Of a stretch of 64,000 nt of DNA, positions 26,980 through 40,383 are shown in pieces (the stretch's first letter is position 1; each line of letters begins with the position of its first letter). The DNA comes from Azolla caroliniana (taxonomy: Eukaryota; Plantae; Polypodiophyta), in assembly GCA_043228905.1 (NCBI GenBank), contig JBHGNT010000152.1:1-64000 (forward strand), written 5' to 3'. The position numbers were made by a program, and so were the translations under genes. A model generated the notes under the pieces. The model made no database searches and was not told the origin of the DNA. It was given only the letters and a program-made list of their open reading frames with translations.

Positions 26980-27275
26980 TTACAGTGTAAGGAGAAGAAC
27001 TGCCCGCAGGAACGCTTCGCTTCGCGAAGGAAGTGGGCGCCCAGGCAGGAAAGCCTATTCCTCAAATAGTTCCCCTCATTAAGAATAAAACCATTGCCAA
27101 TTGATCCAGAATTGATTCGACAGAATGAGATGTATGTTTGGCTTAAGGTATTGGTTTGCGAGTGAAATAGTTGAGACGAGCGAAGCGAGCCTGCCTTATT
27201 AGGTGCTTCAGTTCCGTCTCCTCTTGGTGGGCAGGGAATCCCATTGACTAGAGCCTACCATGAGTCTTTCACGCG

Positions 27276-27306
<31 letters not shown>

Positions 27307-28479
27307 TAGTGCGGTCCCAACCTCTCTTTCACTCTCTCATTACAAAAAGTAGTACAGTCCCGACCTTTCTTTCAGTAAAACAAATTTGCCAACTGCCTGC
27401 CGTAGTAAAATCAGTAAATATACTGCCATAATGCTGCTGATAAGCGTAAAACTTGCATCCATGAAGGTTCAGCCTCATAGCATTATCTATTCTATAAAGC
27501 AATGCTTTAAAGCCGCCTTCTAATCCGCCGGCCGGCCCGGCCGGTTCATCCGGATGATGAAAACCGCTTCTTTTCTTTTCTTTTCTTCGGCCGGCTTCTT
27601 CCGCCTTTTTACAGGTGCCGGCGGGCTTCTTTTGATAACTCCTTATCAATCCTTTGACTTAAAGGCTTCTCATCATCATCAACCTTAGATACTGATTCGT
27701 CCAGAAAAGCACCCGCATCCAGCAGTTTACCCCACACATCTTTACCCCCATTCTCGCAATCGTCTTCATAATCTTCATCACTGACAATGCTGCCTGCTGC
27801 TTTCATCATCAGACTTCGAACAATCCTCTTTGCTGCTTTTCAAATGTGCATCCTGTATCGGGTCGATCTCCTCCTTAGTCTCACCATCTTTTTTTTGTTG
27901 TGTTTCATCAACCATCGCAGCGTCCAACCGATACTCTTTGCTTTTCTTTTTATCCGCTGTAGTGTTCCCGGTGCGTGCGCTCTCGGGCTGGCTCTTCGCG
28001 GCATGCATTTAGACTCATCATCATCTTCGTTATTGTTTTTGCCAGCTTCCTGTACAGTCTCTGATTGCTTGCGGGACGCTGGGTTGTTCTGTGCTCATTT
28101 CTCGCTTCTGTTTTGGTGAATCTGATTGCGGGACGCGCTTTTTGTTGTTTTTCGTGCGTGTTCCATCATTTTGTTGTGTTTGGTTTCGTGTTTTTTTAGG
28201 CGGACGAGGGGGAAGAACCGCTCCGATAGAGAATAAGGCAAGGGTTGCTCGCCTAAAGCTTGGTTGCTCTAATTTTTCAACTGGATGCCAACCATAATAT
28301 TTATTCTCAATAAGATGGCATGAATGCCTGTAGTGCTTTTCACTAGTTCATTACTTTAAACTAGTACTTATTTGTTAGCCGGGGTGCATGCGGGAAGTGT
28401 TTCGTCTATTTACGGCGGGCCGGGCCGGGCCGGGCCGGGCCGGGCGGGTTCTTACTGCTTAATAAACGGTAACGATAAT

Positions 28480-28700
28480 ACACATCAACGGAATCAGTTA
28501 AGTAACCACCGCCGCTGTAACTAAGGTCTTACCATTCTTGGTCTCTTTTTCCGTCTCTACATGCCAAGGCACAGGCTTAACAACCATAGGCAGATTCAAC
28601 TTAACAGGTATCAAGTTGAGATCATATCAAATGTTGGTAAGGTTGTATTTAATCGTGTTCTGTATCTAGAAACTTCTTCTAGTTCTGGTTTCGCAATTAA
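28480..28700 (-). pseudogene. Plasmid-type RNA polymerase remnant
   Basis: DLNLIPVKLNLPMVVKPVPW...GGGYL resembles the LPIKLNLPMV.PP.DW / GGYL motif of mitochondrial plasmid RNA polymerases. Confidence 0.5.
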
Positions 28701-29204
28701 TTTGGATCAGATTTTTCCGACCGACGTTTAGTCCCGGTCTAGCGAGTGTCTAAGGACCCACCCGTTTTCGAGCCGTTAGACCATCAGGCAACAGCCGGTC
28801 ATGATTGGATGGTCGGATAAGTTGCTTCGGTCGCCGAGTCTCAATTCCCCACACTTAGGACATTAACGGCTATCGGATTGGATGGGTATGCTTCGGAGGA
28901 AATTTCCCCGGATTCTCGAATCCATTGCACAACTATTCATGAAGAGACCCGTGTATTCAATTCAGGGTTTGATTCACCTTTAGGTAGGTCCTGATGCAGT
29001 AACCATAAGAATATGGTTCCTGAGAAGGTTGAAAGAGGGTTCATGCGCCCGCCTTTTAGTAATAGGATTCTACCCCAGCCAGCAGTTGGGAAGGGAAGGT
29101 ATCTCTCAACCGCCTAAGCCGCTTAAGTGTACGATTCTCTGTGCCTTTAGAGCACATCGCACGCAGGGGATTTACAGAAGCCAACGCCACTAATATGAGT
29201 TTTT

Positions 29205-29290
29205 TTTCATTCAAAAAGGGACTTACTTCAAGCGCCATATCCGAAACATACGAAACTTTGGAGATATGAGAAAGGCAGATGGAAGGGTCA
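29205..29290 (+). pseudogene. rpl16: Decayed copy of the rps3 3' / rpl16 5' overlap
   Basis: YPKHTKLWRYEKGRWKG resembles the rpl16 N-terminus; preceded by aagggact as at 26556. Confidence 0.5.
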
Positions 29291-29351
29291 TAAAAAAAGG
29301 TTAAGTTATGTGTCGAGGTTTAGTCATACGTCATTAGAGAAGGTTATATGG

Positions 29352-29465
29352 GTGTCTAATAAGAATATATGAGATTAGAAACCGTGAAAGCCTGCGGCTA
29401 AATATGAATTAAAATGAATGCCCTATAAAGCCATTCGTTAAGATAGAAATCTTTCTGGTCGGGTA
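29352..29465 (+). CDS. rps14: Ribosomal protein S14, exon 1 (GTG start)
   Basis: GTG SNKNI(R)D(Q)K..AAKYELK(R)M.YKAI.(Q)DRNL; exactly 114 nt. Confidence 0.85.
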
Positions 29466-30689
29466 GCGTGACCTGTTCACAGGTTAAGACGTTGAGTCGC
29501 GTCTGTGCACTCATTTTGCATTCATTCGCGCTCGGATGGCGGAGTTAGTGAACTGAGTTTCCATGAAGGTGAAAGTCCTTCTCCCTCGGGAACAGGGTAA
29601 CAGCGTGCCCACGTGCTGGGAGAATGGCATCCAAAGGCATGAAGCTGGGCATGAAAGGGATTCAGAACCCGGCGAAAGTGGGGAACTTTGAATCTCAAGC
29701 AAGGGCGCGCGTGACGATATCTGCCCCTTCTTTGTTTTCGTTGGGAGACAGGGTGGGAATGAAACACTTTGGGTATTGTCTAGGTGAGTGCTGAGTGGCG
29801 GTACTGCATCCCCGAAGGCTAAGCCTAAGTTGAACCGGACAGCAGGCAACCGCAATCCTAGCGTTTGAAGCGTCGAAACAGGAAAGCAGGATTGCTTCCT
29901 GCGTCCAAAATATGGGACAGAGGCCGAGGGAAAGGGGTTGTCTGTCCTTTCCCGTTCTTCGAGCGCGCCTCCGGCGTAGAGCGGAAGCCTTACGGCCTGG
30001 TTCTTTGAAATATGGAATCCCGGAACTGGAGAACCCCGCACACCTCTGAGGTCGCACTCAGAAGAGCCAACCGTACGGTGAACAGGGATAGGATGGGACA
30101 ATAAGCGAGGGCCCGGTAGTAATTAATTATCGGGACGTGCCAAAGTGTCCCCGCATCTAATTTTAAGGGAAAGGGAGCAGCCAATATGCTTCAACATTCG
30201 AAGATAAAGAGCGCAGATTGGCCAAAAGGAAAGTAAGCAACGTAAAATACCTTGCCCCTGAACTACGAGTAGCACTCGCTCTGTCATGGATAGACAATCT
30301 GATCCGATTTGCTGAATATACATACCTCTGAAAGTAGAAGCAAAAGCGAAAGTGAGAGTGAAAGTGGAAGTATGGCCAGTTCCATGACCTTTCAGGACTC
30401 CTGCTACTGGGGATCGGATCGCCCTCATGGCCTAAAGGCGAACCGCGGAAGAAAAGAAGCGGGATTCGAACCCAATAGCTACTTTCGCTCGGGTCGATCT
30501 CGCCGCCATGACGCCACCAGAGTGATCCACATATCTATCAACAAGAAAGCCAGAGTACGTAATCGACGCTGATGCAAGGAAATTTTTGAATTAGTCACGA
30601 GACGCGGGAAAATGGGGAAGATACGAGGTTTCAATCCTCTCTCATCAGATACGCTGATGGTCGGTTTTTCACTTGAGTCTAGGAGTTAT

Positions 30690-30722
<33 letters not shown>

Positions 30723-31068
30723 GCGTGAGGAAACAAACTGAGCAATGGCCCTAGCTAGCCGATAGGGCTAAAGCGACGACAAGGAAGTAGAACTCCAACC
30801 ACGGCGTAGGTGTTCTTTCCGCCGGCCGGCCGCCTGTGGACATCACAGATGGATCGCATCTACGTCGTCGTCCGGGAGGCATGAGCTGCCAATTTGCGGC
30901 AGTTGCTGGCTGCATGGGCATCGTCACGATCAAAAGAGGGCAGGGGAGCTCGTATTCCGGAACCCTCACCTGATGGGATGCGGGGAGCCGTATGACGGGA
31001 AACTGTCACGAGCGGTTCTGAATTGGCGGTCAGGCAGGGAACTCCTAACCTGATTGGCCGACCAAAAC
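29466..31068 (+). other. Group II intron rps14i114g2
   Basis: 5' GCGTG; domain V GAGCCGTATGACGGGAAACTGTCACGAGCGGTTC; ends AAAC. Confidence 0.85.
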
Positions 31069-31254
31069 CGAAATAAGACTCCGGAAAAGTCGTCGCCGTT
31101 GTTAAGAAATAGTTTATTTACATGAGTAAGAAACTGACGTATTTCCATCGGTCGCTTCCGTTTCGTATATTAGTTATTTTGTATGCTTCGTATAGTTTTC
31201 TGTGAATTAGCATTAAAAGGTTCTTTAATAGGCATAAACAAGTCGTGTTGGCAG
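31069..31254 (+). CDS. rps14: rps14 exon 2
   Basis: L(P)RNS..T(R)VRN(R)..RIVF(R)ELA.KGSLIGINKSCW; CAG-to-UAG stop; total 100 codons. Confidence 0.88.
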
Positions 31255-32285
31255 TACGCTGGTCGGCTTCACAAGCAAGCTGCGGGTCTTTTTCAATCAC
31301 TAATTCTTATTTTGCCCAAAATCGTTGTCGTTGGTTCACATTTTATGGCATCGCAGAAATTGATTGTAAGGCTTTAGATTATTTCAAAGGGTGGCCTAAG
31401 GTCACCCCCCTTAAATGAGAGTCCCGCCTCTCTTCATTTAAGCGGGAAAAACGTTCTGCTGGCTGGGTAACATAATGGCAATGTATTGGACTGCAAATCC
31501 TGGAATGACGGTTCGACTCCGTCCCTAGCCTATTCTTCTTCCAAGCTCTTTTGCCATTTCCGAGTGAAAAGATTGCTGCTTTAAAGTGGAAAGAAAAGTG
31601 CAAAGCATCTTCTTGCCAGTGATTCATCAAGATTGCCGCCGGCTCGGTTTAAAGTGAAAAGAAAAGTGCTGCTTTGCTTTGCTTTGCTGGATTCGCAGAT
31701 TATGGCCAGAAGATGATATTGCCTTCTTGCATGATCCTTCTGAATTTTACCAACGGAATTTCGAAATTCCAGCATTCAATTCTTTCCGCAATCTGAGCCG
31801 CATTAAAGATTATCGTATAATAATCCATGAATATTCAGGCCTTCTTGAAAGTTCAAAAGAAGAACTTTGGTAGCCATTTATATTACACTTTTTACCGCTT
31901 CTTCTTCTTCCGCAGTGCAGTTTTCTTGCGCTTCATGAAGAAAAGGTGCTGTTTGAAATTGTAGCTTGAATCTTATCGGAAAACTAACTCTAGGCCTTCT
32001 TGATGAACAGCTATGGATAATACGGCGGAAGTTGCTTGCGGGGAAGAACCAAGGTGGTGGATGAACCCGCTGCTTCATCAGCGCGATGAAGACGATTAAC
32101 GCTACTTATCGGCTACGGTAAAGTCAGACGGCCCGATGGGGGAGTTGGTAGCAGAAGCTAGACAATTGCGGCGCGGCCCAACAAGAAAAGAAGCGGATTG
32201 ACGTGGCCGTAGAAAGAATGGATAAATTTCTATGTGACCTACAGAAAACAGAGCCGGCGAGACTCCGAAGTATCGCCGGCACTCC

Positions 32286-32358
32286 GGGTAATTAGCTCAG
32301 TTGGTAGAGCGCCTCGTTTACACCGAGGGAGTCAGCGGTTCGAGTCCGTTATTGCCCA
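32286..32358 (+). tRNA. trnV-UAC: tRNA-Val(UAC), repeat copy
   Basis: Mirror of 16597-16669. Confidence 0.92.
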
Positions 32359-32576
32359 TGGTTGTAAACTTGGTTATTAGGACGCCTTAGTTCCTATCAA
32401 TCTAAAATAGAATGATCAATTACCACGCTTAACCTTTCTGGTCGGAGGGGCCAAAGAGGAGGCCCTGCGGTACAACCTATTTGTTTTCTGAAGGCGTTGC
32501 GTGCGATTTACAAAGACCTGAAAGCTTGGCACGCTTTCCCGTTGATTATTGATGGCTCGTGATCTTGTCGGGAAAG

Positions 32577-32663
32577 GGATGGATGTCTGAGCGGTTTAAA
32601 GAGTCGGTCTTGAAAACCGAAGTATTCGGAGAGATACCGGGGGTTCGAATCCCTCTCCATCCG
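32577..32663 (+). tRNA. trnS-UGA: tRNA-Ser(UGA), repeat copy
   Basis: Mirror of 16292-16378. Confidence 0.92.
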
Positions 32664-32809
32664 TGAGTATGGTCATAAGTTAGCATTCCCACTTTCCCAT
32701 CACCCTAACTTGATTTGGAAAGCATATAGGCATTCTATAAGCCTTCTATAAGAGCCTGAGAGGTTAAAAGGGATCGTCGTAAGCGGGCTCCATTGAGCAA
32801 GTCGCGCGT

Positions 32810-32841
<32 letters not shown>

Positions 32842-32968
32842 GGGAGAATCGAAAAATACGGGGTGGTGTTTCAGTTTCCTCTAATTGCTACGCCATCCGA
32901 GCCATTGGCGTTCTTAGCTCTATCCAGTTAGCAGTGAAAAAGGGTGGTTTCGAAATAAGAATCGATGT

Positions 32969-33054
32969 GCGGATATGATGGAATTGGTAGACATGCCAGG
33001 TTTAGGTTCTGGTGACCTTACTCAGTCGTGGGGGTTCAAATCCCTCTATCCGTA
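32969..33054 (+). tRNA. trnL-UAG: tRNA-Leu(UAG), repeat copy
   Basis: Mirror of 15901-15986. Confidence 0.9.
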
Positions 33055-35033
33055 GCAGTTGGAACCTCAGAGTTATGCAATCATTAGGCCTCTAGTGAGA
33101 AATCAAATGGGTTTCTTCTCTCCCTTCAATCACTAAGCAGTCCTCCGTCGCCTGGAGAGTGATCCTCGAACGTGTATACGAGCCATCGTAATTACCCAAT
33201 CACATATTTTAGGGCCCGAACCCGATCCAACGTACGTAGCCTCGAACCAATGAATCTGGTCACAAGAAACGAACGAAGCCCGAACCATACCTTCGAGACT
33301 GAACGACCCGAGGGGCTAACTGCCTGCCTGCAGAGACTGCACTTCCCAACTTTCTTTGGGAAAGGGACTGCCAAGAATCTGGTAAAAGAGTTCGAATGGT
33401 TCGGGGAACAATAGAAAGACGCTTTGGTTGCCATCGGACAACCTAAAGACCCGAACAGGGTTGATTTATATAGATCTGGTAATAGTGAAGATACTTTGTA
33501 GTTTGATATGAAGCAATCGTACACCGCCGTATAGAGTGGTAGGTCCTTATACACTCTCTTAAAATGGTTAACAACCAACGCAACCAAAGCAGCTGCTTTT
33601 GGTGAATGAAAGCAAAAGTAGCTTTAGATTCTATTCAAACTAGAATTCGTTTATTATTTAAAGATATGAGTTTGTTTGATCAAAGAAGAAAACAAGGTTT
33701 TCTTTGTATTAATAATATTTTCATTTATACCGCAATTTTTCTGCTGTCATACAATAGCATTAGAAAATGAGATATTGAAATTGAAAAAAAAGTGTTATAA
33801 TGTAAGTTTAATGGTAAAGGCCGTGGCTATTTTGTTTTTCGATTAATTCAGACTCAAGAAAATCTGAGTCTGGGTCAATCTCTGTTGATAAACAATCTGA
33901 CGGTAAAGATTTTAATAATAATAATTTAGACTCTGGAAAAGAGGCAATCCCTATTAATAAACAATCTAACAATAAAGATTCTAAAATATCGTAAGTATTT
34001 CAATCGTATATACATCGAAGGACGTTAAAATGTCTATTAGTTCTTTATCTTTCTTGAAGTGCGCAATAAACCTATCCTGCATGTTGGTTTGCCTTTTGTT
34101 GGTCAGCTTATCAATCAAAAAGGTCCAGCGAGTTATTATAGATTGATCTCTCGTCAACAAATTGTTCGATCATTTTTTGCAAGTATTCCTTCCTTCTCAA
34201 GAAATCCGCCGAATTTGTTTGGCCCAATCCATCGCTTATCATTAATCTTTCCTTACCTCTCTTTTCTTCGGCTTCAAGCTTAACCTTTGCTTCTTCGAGC
34301 AATTGGCACACGCACGGTTTGAACGTACAAATTCCTATTTGAATATATTTCTTATGAGATTTATCTAACGCTGACCGCCAGAACATTATTCTTGATAATA
34401 AAGTTAGAAGCAGGCAAAAGAAATTCTTCAACCTCTGCTTCGCTATCGCCGTCACTATAGGGCTCTTCGCAGTCCAGGTCATCAAGTTCCGCCACAGCGA
34501 AGGCCTGTAATCTGAGACATTGTACACAGGATCGATGGAGTCGAGCTAGCCGCTTCATCGTTGAGATTAACCTTGAAAGGGCACGCACGGTTTGTTGTTT
34601 GCAGAGTATTCTCCAGGAGCAACGGTGAATAAACTCTCTGGAAACGAATCTTCATTGTTGTTAGGTGTCTTTTTCCAATGACTTAACAATGCCGGCAAAG
34701 ACTTACTCCGTTGTTTTTTAACAAGTTAGACAGGGAGGGTATAGTGCTTTTTGTGCTGCTTTTGTGCCCCCATGTCCGAGGGGCGGGCTCAGATGCCCCC
34801 AATTATCAGTAGGGAAGGGAGTGCGAACTTTCTTCATTAAATTCACGTAGCACCAAATTCACACCAGAATCGAATTCTCGCTTTCTTTTTTTTTGGCAGG
34901 TCTCATTGTCAATATTAGAATCATTAAGCATTCGAACGATGGATTACCAATTACTCGATTCTGCGATGTAGGGTGTGTGCTGCTAAAGTGTCTAACAGCT
35001 CTTGACCCCAGCTCATTACATGTTTTCAATGGT

Positions 35034-35726
35034 TCACCGCCACCTATAATGCGCGAAACTTCTATTGGCCTCTGCCGGTTTATGAAGATCATCCCTTCTT
35101 TTACGAACATTTCCCTTTCTTTGATAAGCATCCGGTATCTCAGCAGATGAACATTAATCCAAGCTCTGGCTATTTCTGCTCATAGTACGTCATTTGACAG
35201 CTGCTTCCATGATCCGACGAAAAGCTAAGGTTTCTTAACGTTCTTTGGCAATAATCTTGAGTACATTACGAGTAGTCCCTGCGATTCTCACTTTCTTGAT
35301 TTCGCGAGTAGGCTTGACATTCTCTATGGCGTTAGCCAGGAGTGTGATAACATGAACATCGGGTTCAGTTCAGGAAAGACGAGAAGAAGTTTAGGAAACA
35401 ATAACACGAGATTTTGTTCTTTTACCATCAATCATACAAAAGTGGACTAATTTCTTGATTAATCTTTTTTGTTTATTATCCACTCCCCAGATGTAGCTTA
35501 ATCTCTCCGAGCAGCTGTATGTGCTTCCTTCACGGCCTCCCTTGGGTCTGGGTGACAAAAGCCCTGCTAGATGGGCGCAGAAATATTTGCAATGGGATCG
35601 AAGCGGATGGCTTTCCGTTCCAAAAGTTTCCGCCGGTCATTCTGAAAGTCTTCCCGAAAAATTAAACCGGTCTGAAGGCGATGAGCGAGAAAAGCAACCA
35701 TTCCCTGATTTGACCTTTTTATTCGT
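35034..35726 (-). CDS. rps7: Ribosomal protein S7, repeat copy
   Basis: Mirror of 13229-13921. Confidence 0.88.
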
Positions 35727-36103
35727 ATCGAATTCTTAGGTTTCTCTGTACCATGTTTTAGTCTGCCTCATCTTCAATCCGGGATTCCCTACGAATCTTT
35801 AACTCCTCGAATACGATGATAATTCACACCTAACGAATCTTTCACTCTACCTCCTCTAGCCGTAACCGCAGGATGCTCCTATGAATTATAACCCTCGCCA
35901 AAGATGTGAGCAATGATATTCCTTCAATTGCTTGAACGTGCCTTGGCTATCTTGCATAAAGCCAGATTAGGTTTTTTTAGTGTTCTTGTCGAAACACGCG
36001 GGCGTACCCCAAACTTTTAGAGACATTAATTCGAAGCTCAAGTACATGTTTTGTGACGTTTTGCCCTTCTACAATGACGAAGCAATTAATTTATGGTAGG
36101 CGT
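35723..36103 (-). CDS. rps12: Ribosomal protein S12, repeat copy
   Basis: Mirror of 12852-13232. Confidence 0.9.
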
Positions 36104-36565
36104 ATTTCGCAATCTGTGTTTTTCCTTCTGCGTGCGGCCCCGAAAAGCGTTCATCATGCATCCGCCCGCTTGACACAGCACTCACCCCTTGACATAACCG
36201 AACGATTACCTTTCGGTTGGCGGTAAATCGTTTAGGTCAAGCAACCTGGACTCGCCACTACCGTACCTAGGGCCGTCCATTGCGATTATGCCGAGGGCGT
36301 CTGCCGTAAGCCTAGCAAAAGAAGAAGATATTGTTGTGATCTGGGAGGCGCGCGCCGTAGTAGCTGGGGTATCGGTTCTTTCCTCCTTTTATTTTCCCGG
36401 TCGGTGCTCTCACCCTCGAAGAAGCATCGATCGGACGATCGCAAGGCGGCATTCTGTTTACGAAATTTCCATCGGCGGGCGTGCGTGAGAGGGGTCTGGA
36501 CGCCGTTTTCTTCCGACCAGAACCCCATTAATTATGACGTTCAACATCACAGTATGCTCAATTCA

Positions 36566-39500
36566 TTGAGGTAGCCAGTCAAAGGCTACTGGAACGCCGA
36601 ATACAGAAACTACCCGAGCTAATGATAAAGGCGGGAAGACTTTCCGTCCAAGTCTCATTGGTTAATCATAACAATGTCATAGAAATGCTGCGCAAACCCA
36701 TATATATACGAACGGAAAGAAAATAACCTTTGTGCCAAACCAGATTGAGCCCGGAATTCCCTGGAAACTAGGAAGATCTAAAATGGATGGCCAACCTCCC
36801 GGGAAAGGCGGTGTACATAGACTAGGAGAGTGAGGGCGCGGCTCTGTGGCCCTTAGCCCAATAGGTGTATCCACACCCTTCTCAAAGAACCGTACGTGAC
36901 ACTCTCGCGTCATACGGCTCCGTCCCGGGAATATTGAGTTTCCTCTTCTCCAACCAATGCAACGTTTAGGTCTTCGAATCCGATCTCTCTCTCGCATGGA
37001 TGTCTCGGTGGTGGTTGGCACAGCAGCAGCAGAGTGGGATCGACTTACAGTTCAGGCTGGCCTACAAGGCGGTTCATCAAACCCGCCAACCCCTTTTTCA
37101 TCATGAAGGCCTTCATGATGAACCGGTTCATCGGCTTAGAGCCCGCATAGACGGAGAAAAATCTCTAAAGTGAGTGAGTCCCCAGGAGAACAATGAGAGG
37201 TAGGTGGTCAAAGGCCGAGCGAGAAAGTTCCTGCCTGCCTGCCTGCCTGCCTGCCGGGGGGAGAGATTGAAGCCACTCAACCTACAGAAAGGGCAGCTGA
37301 AAACAACCAACCGGGTTTGTGCTTGCTGCTGATAAGCACACTTTCTTTAGGTTTTAACCCAGCAGAGAGAATGCGATAGCATTAAAGTGGGTTGGCTACC
37401 AGACCAGGGTACTCCTCCCTCCTCTAACTTGGAATTGATAGCGGAGCGTTAGTAGGGAGCTGTGAGATACGGTGCTTTACCTTCTGACTCCGAGAACGAA
37501 TTTTTGGAAATAAACAGTACCATCACTTCTCCCGCGGGCTCGAGCAAGGCGCCTGACAAGAGGCGCAGCGAGTCTTTCTCCGACCATTCCAAAAAGATCC
37601 CCTTTAACGTAACGTAACGAACAAGTTTTCAGCAGAAATCCCTCTTCGCTGGGGGTTAAGTCGCCTGGTTCAGACTCAATTTGCTCATGGGACGCCAGTA
37701 GCAAGCAAGCAAGCAAGCAGTCTCTCGTCCGCAACAGGAGTACATGGGGCTGCCGTTGTCTCGGTGATTCTGTTTTGCTAGCCTTTCAGACTAGTGTCTA
37801 CCACTGTTGTTGGTGAGTCTTCTCTCCCAGGACCAGAATGATTACCCCTGTCCAATGAGTTTACATTCATCCCTGGATGTCGGGTACTGTTTCCTTCCCC
37901 GCCATCTTTGTAGCCGTCACCTGTAATCCGTGCAAGTGTGTCCGCACCCCCTGGAGGAAACGAGAAGGGATTTCTCGGAGCAACCCTCCCTGGTTCCAGA
38001 CCTAAGAGCGCACTTTCCCATATGAGCATTCGATAGTATAGGTCTGGGGAAGAGTTGCGGGATAACCACCTGAGATATCCTCCTAATCTTAGATAGGTCG
38101 TCCGACGGGTTCGCGGTTCATTGCTGTGCTTACACACCAGGCTACCCCTCTTCGAAAGCTTCGCGGGACCTACTAGTCTTCAGATCGTCGCCCGGAGGAG
38201 TTTACTGCACAAAGCCCTTGAGGGGACGCTGGCTCCTGCAGGGAGCGGAAGCCCAACGAATGTCGGATGCAAGGCTCCGCACCTCATTAAGATCGTATTA
38301 GCATATTCTCCCGAAAGAGAGGGAGCAAATCCCATTAAAAGATATTCCGCATTATAGCCCACGACTGATTCAACTTCTACTTCTAGTAGATCAGACGGAG
38401 CTCGATTAGTTTCTACTGAGCGAAAGATAGAAAACAGAATCAATACGGAGAACAAGAGAATGCGAAACCATATCTGCTCTTACGCTATGACAATCTCACT
38501 AAAATTACAAAAACCTACACAAATTAGTGCAGTAATGATAATAGGACCAATAGATACTTCGTACAAAACCATTTAGACGGCAAATCATGATACTCCTGAA
38601 AAAGCATATTTGGAATAAGGAGTGAAGCTGCTTTTCCACCAATCAACAGGATCAGTGTACGCTGAGTCCTCTCCGAACCATACGAGCACGTCGCCGCGCA
38701 TACGGCTCTCTACCCCAACAACTTGCTTTAGATCGCCCGGGAAACCCGCCCGTCGATGTTCCTTCCGTAGAGGCACATTGACACGTGGTTGGCGGGGAGG
38801 GCAAAGCCGTACGTGATAGTCTACCACCATCTGGCTTTCTTTTTCACTCCGAGAGGTCCGACGTAGTTGCAGGGGTTCGTCGTCTCCTGCTTCTCTGTCG
38901 TCCTCTTTAGTTTAGCGGAGTGGAAAATTCTGACTCAGCGCCTTCATGATGAACCGGCGCGCGCGCGCGCCTTCATGCATGATGATGAAAACCGCTTCTT
39001 TTCTTTTCTTTTCTTTTCTTCGGCCGCCATAAAGCAATGCTTTATAATACCTCGCTCCGTACCCTTCCGTCCCGTTTGGGCTTGGTTCTGGCCCCCCTCG
39101 AGTACGCCCGTTCTTGGCGGTCGTCCTCGTGGTTCGTTCCCAGCAGGCAGGACTCGAGAGGAGCGGGCCGGACGTCATAAATCCAGGTCCTGCGGTCTAG
39201 CCTTAGCCCTCGGTAAGCAGATCGATCGCTTCGTGTTCTCTCTCTGAATTTTGTGGTATGTCCTGTTCTTTTAGTTAAAACTGCTTGCTGGAGATCCACC
39301 AAACGACGATCAATTCTATTCCGCATTGAGTCAGGTTTCGGGGATTCGAGTTTGCAGATTGCGTTGAGTAGAATCTGCCGAAGCTAGGCAGACATCCAGA
39401 CTCCTTTCCTGCTGCTAGAAGAAAACAACGTGGAAAAAGAAATAAAGACTTTCCTCTTCCCTGAAAACTAGCGTCTTCCCCGTGCGTGCGTGAGGGGCCC

Positions 39501-40346
39501 CTTTCGGGGCGGGTACTATGAGTCCTCTGACTACCTGCCAGAACAAAATCTGGCTGGGTTTCGCCGGTATCACCTACGGCTCTCATCCCAGATGTCCTGG
39601 AATGCAGTAAATCGGGATGTCGTTCAGTCTCTTGTCCCCAAGAGGATGGGTAATGTGCCTTCATGCAATGGTTGCTCCAATCCGATCTGGCCGGCAAGCA
39701 ATCCCAGCTGGCAGAAAACAAGACAGCGTACAGTCGTTCGCTCGGCACAGAGGTACAAGGATAACTGTAGGTCGTTGGCTACCCAAGGAGACTTCAATTC
39801 GCTAGGACGGCACCTCATCCTGATCCACAAGGTTGGTTCTTCCACATGGTGTTGTTAGGTACTCCCTGGGAAGACAGGATCGACCTTCAACCATGCTTTT
39901 ACGGCATGCTCTTCCTTTCTTCCTGAACTTCTTTGAACGTATCCCTATCCCCTTTTAGCCTCCTACACAAGAACCCCCCCTACCCTTCAAATCGCGAGTC
40001 AAGCCTATTACTAGTTCTGTCGAAGAGCCCTACACCCTGTATAGAGCAGATCATTCCACACTACAAACAATTTGACCACATGGGCGGGCCGGGCTGGCTG
40101 CTTTAGTACCACAGGTGACTGAACGGCCGCCCTACTAGACCGACCCACTGTAATAATCCCATAAACCCCTGGAGAAGATATAGCAAATAGATAGAATGTA
40201 CCTACATTTGGATCCGACAATACCATACCATAATCAGAAAGTGTAACAGCCCGAGCAACCAAACTTAAATAGGGGTCAGTCAATGCTGCCCTCCAAACCG
40301 TACGTGGCAATCTTTTGTCATACAGCTCTCACTCGGAACACCTTAA

Positions 40347-40383
<37 letters not shown>

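Noticed and set aside
29511-30101. 196-aa ORF, the longest in the track
   Set aside because: Antisense to structured domains of the rps14 intron; no maturase motifs
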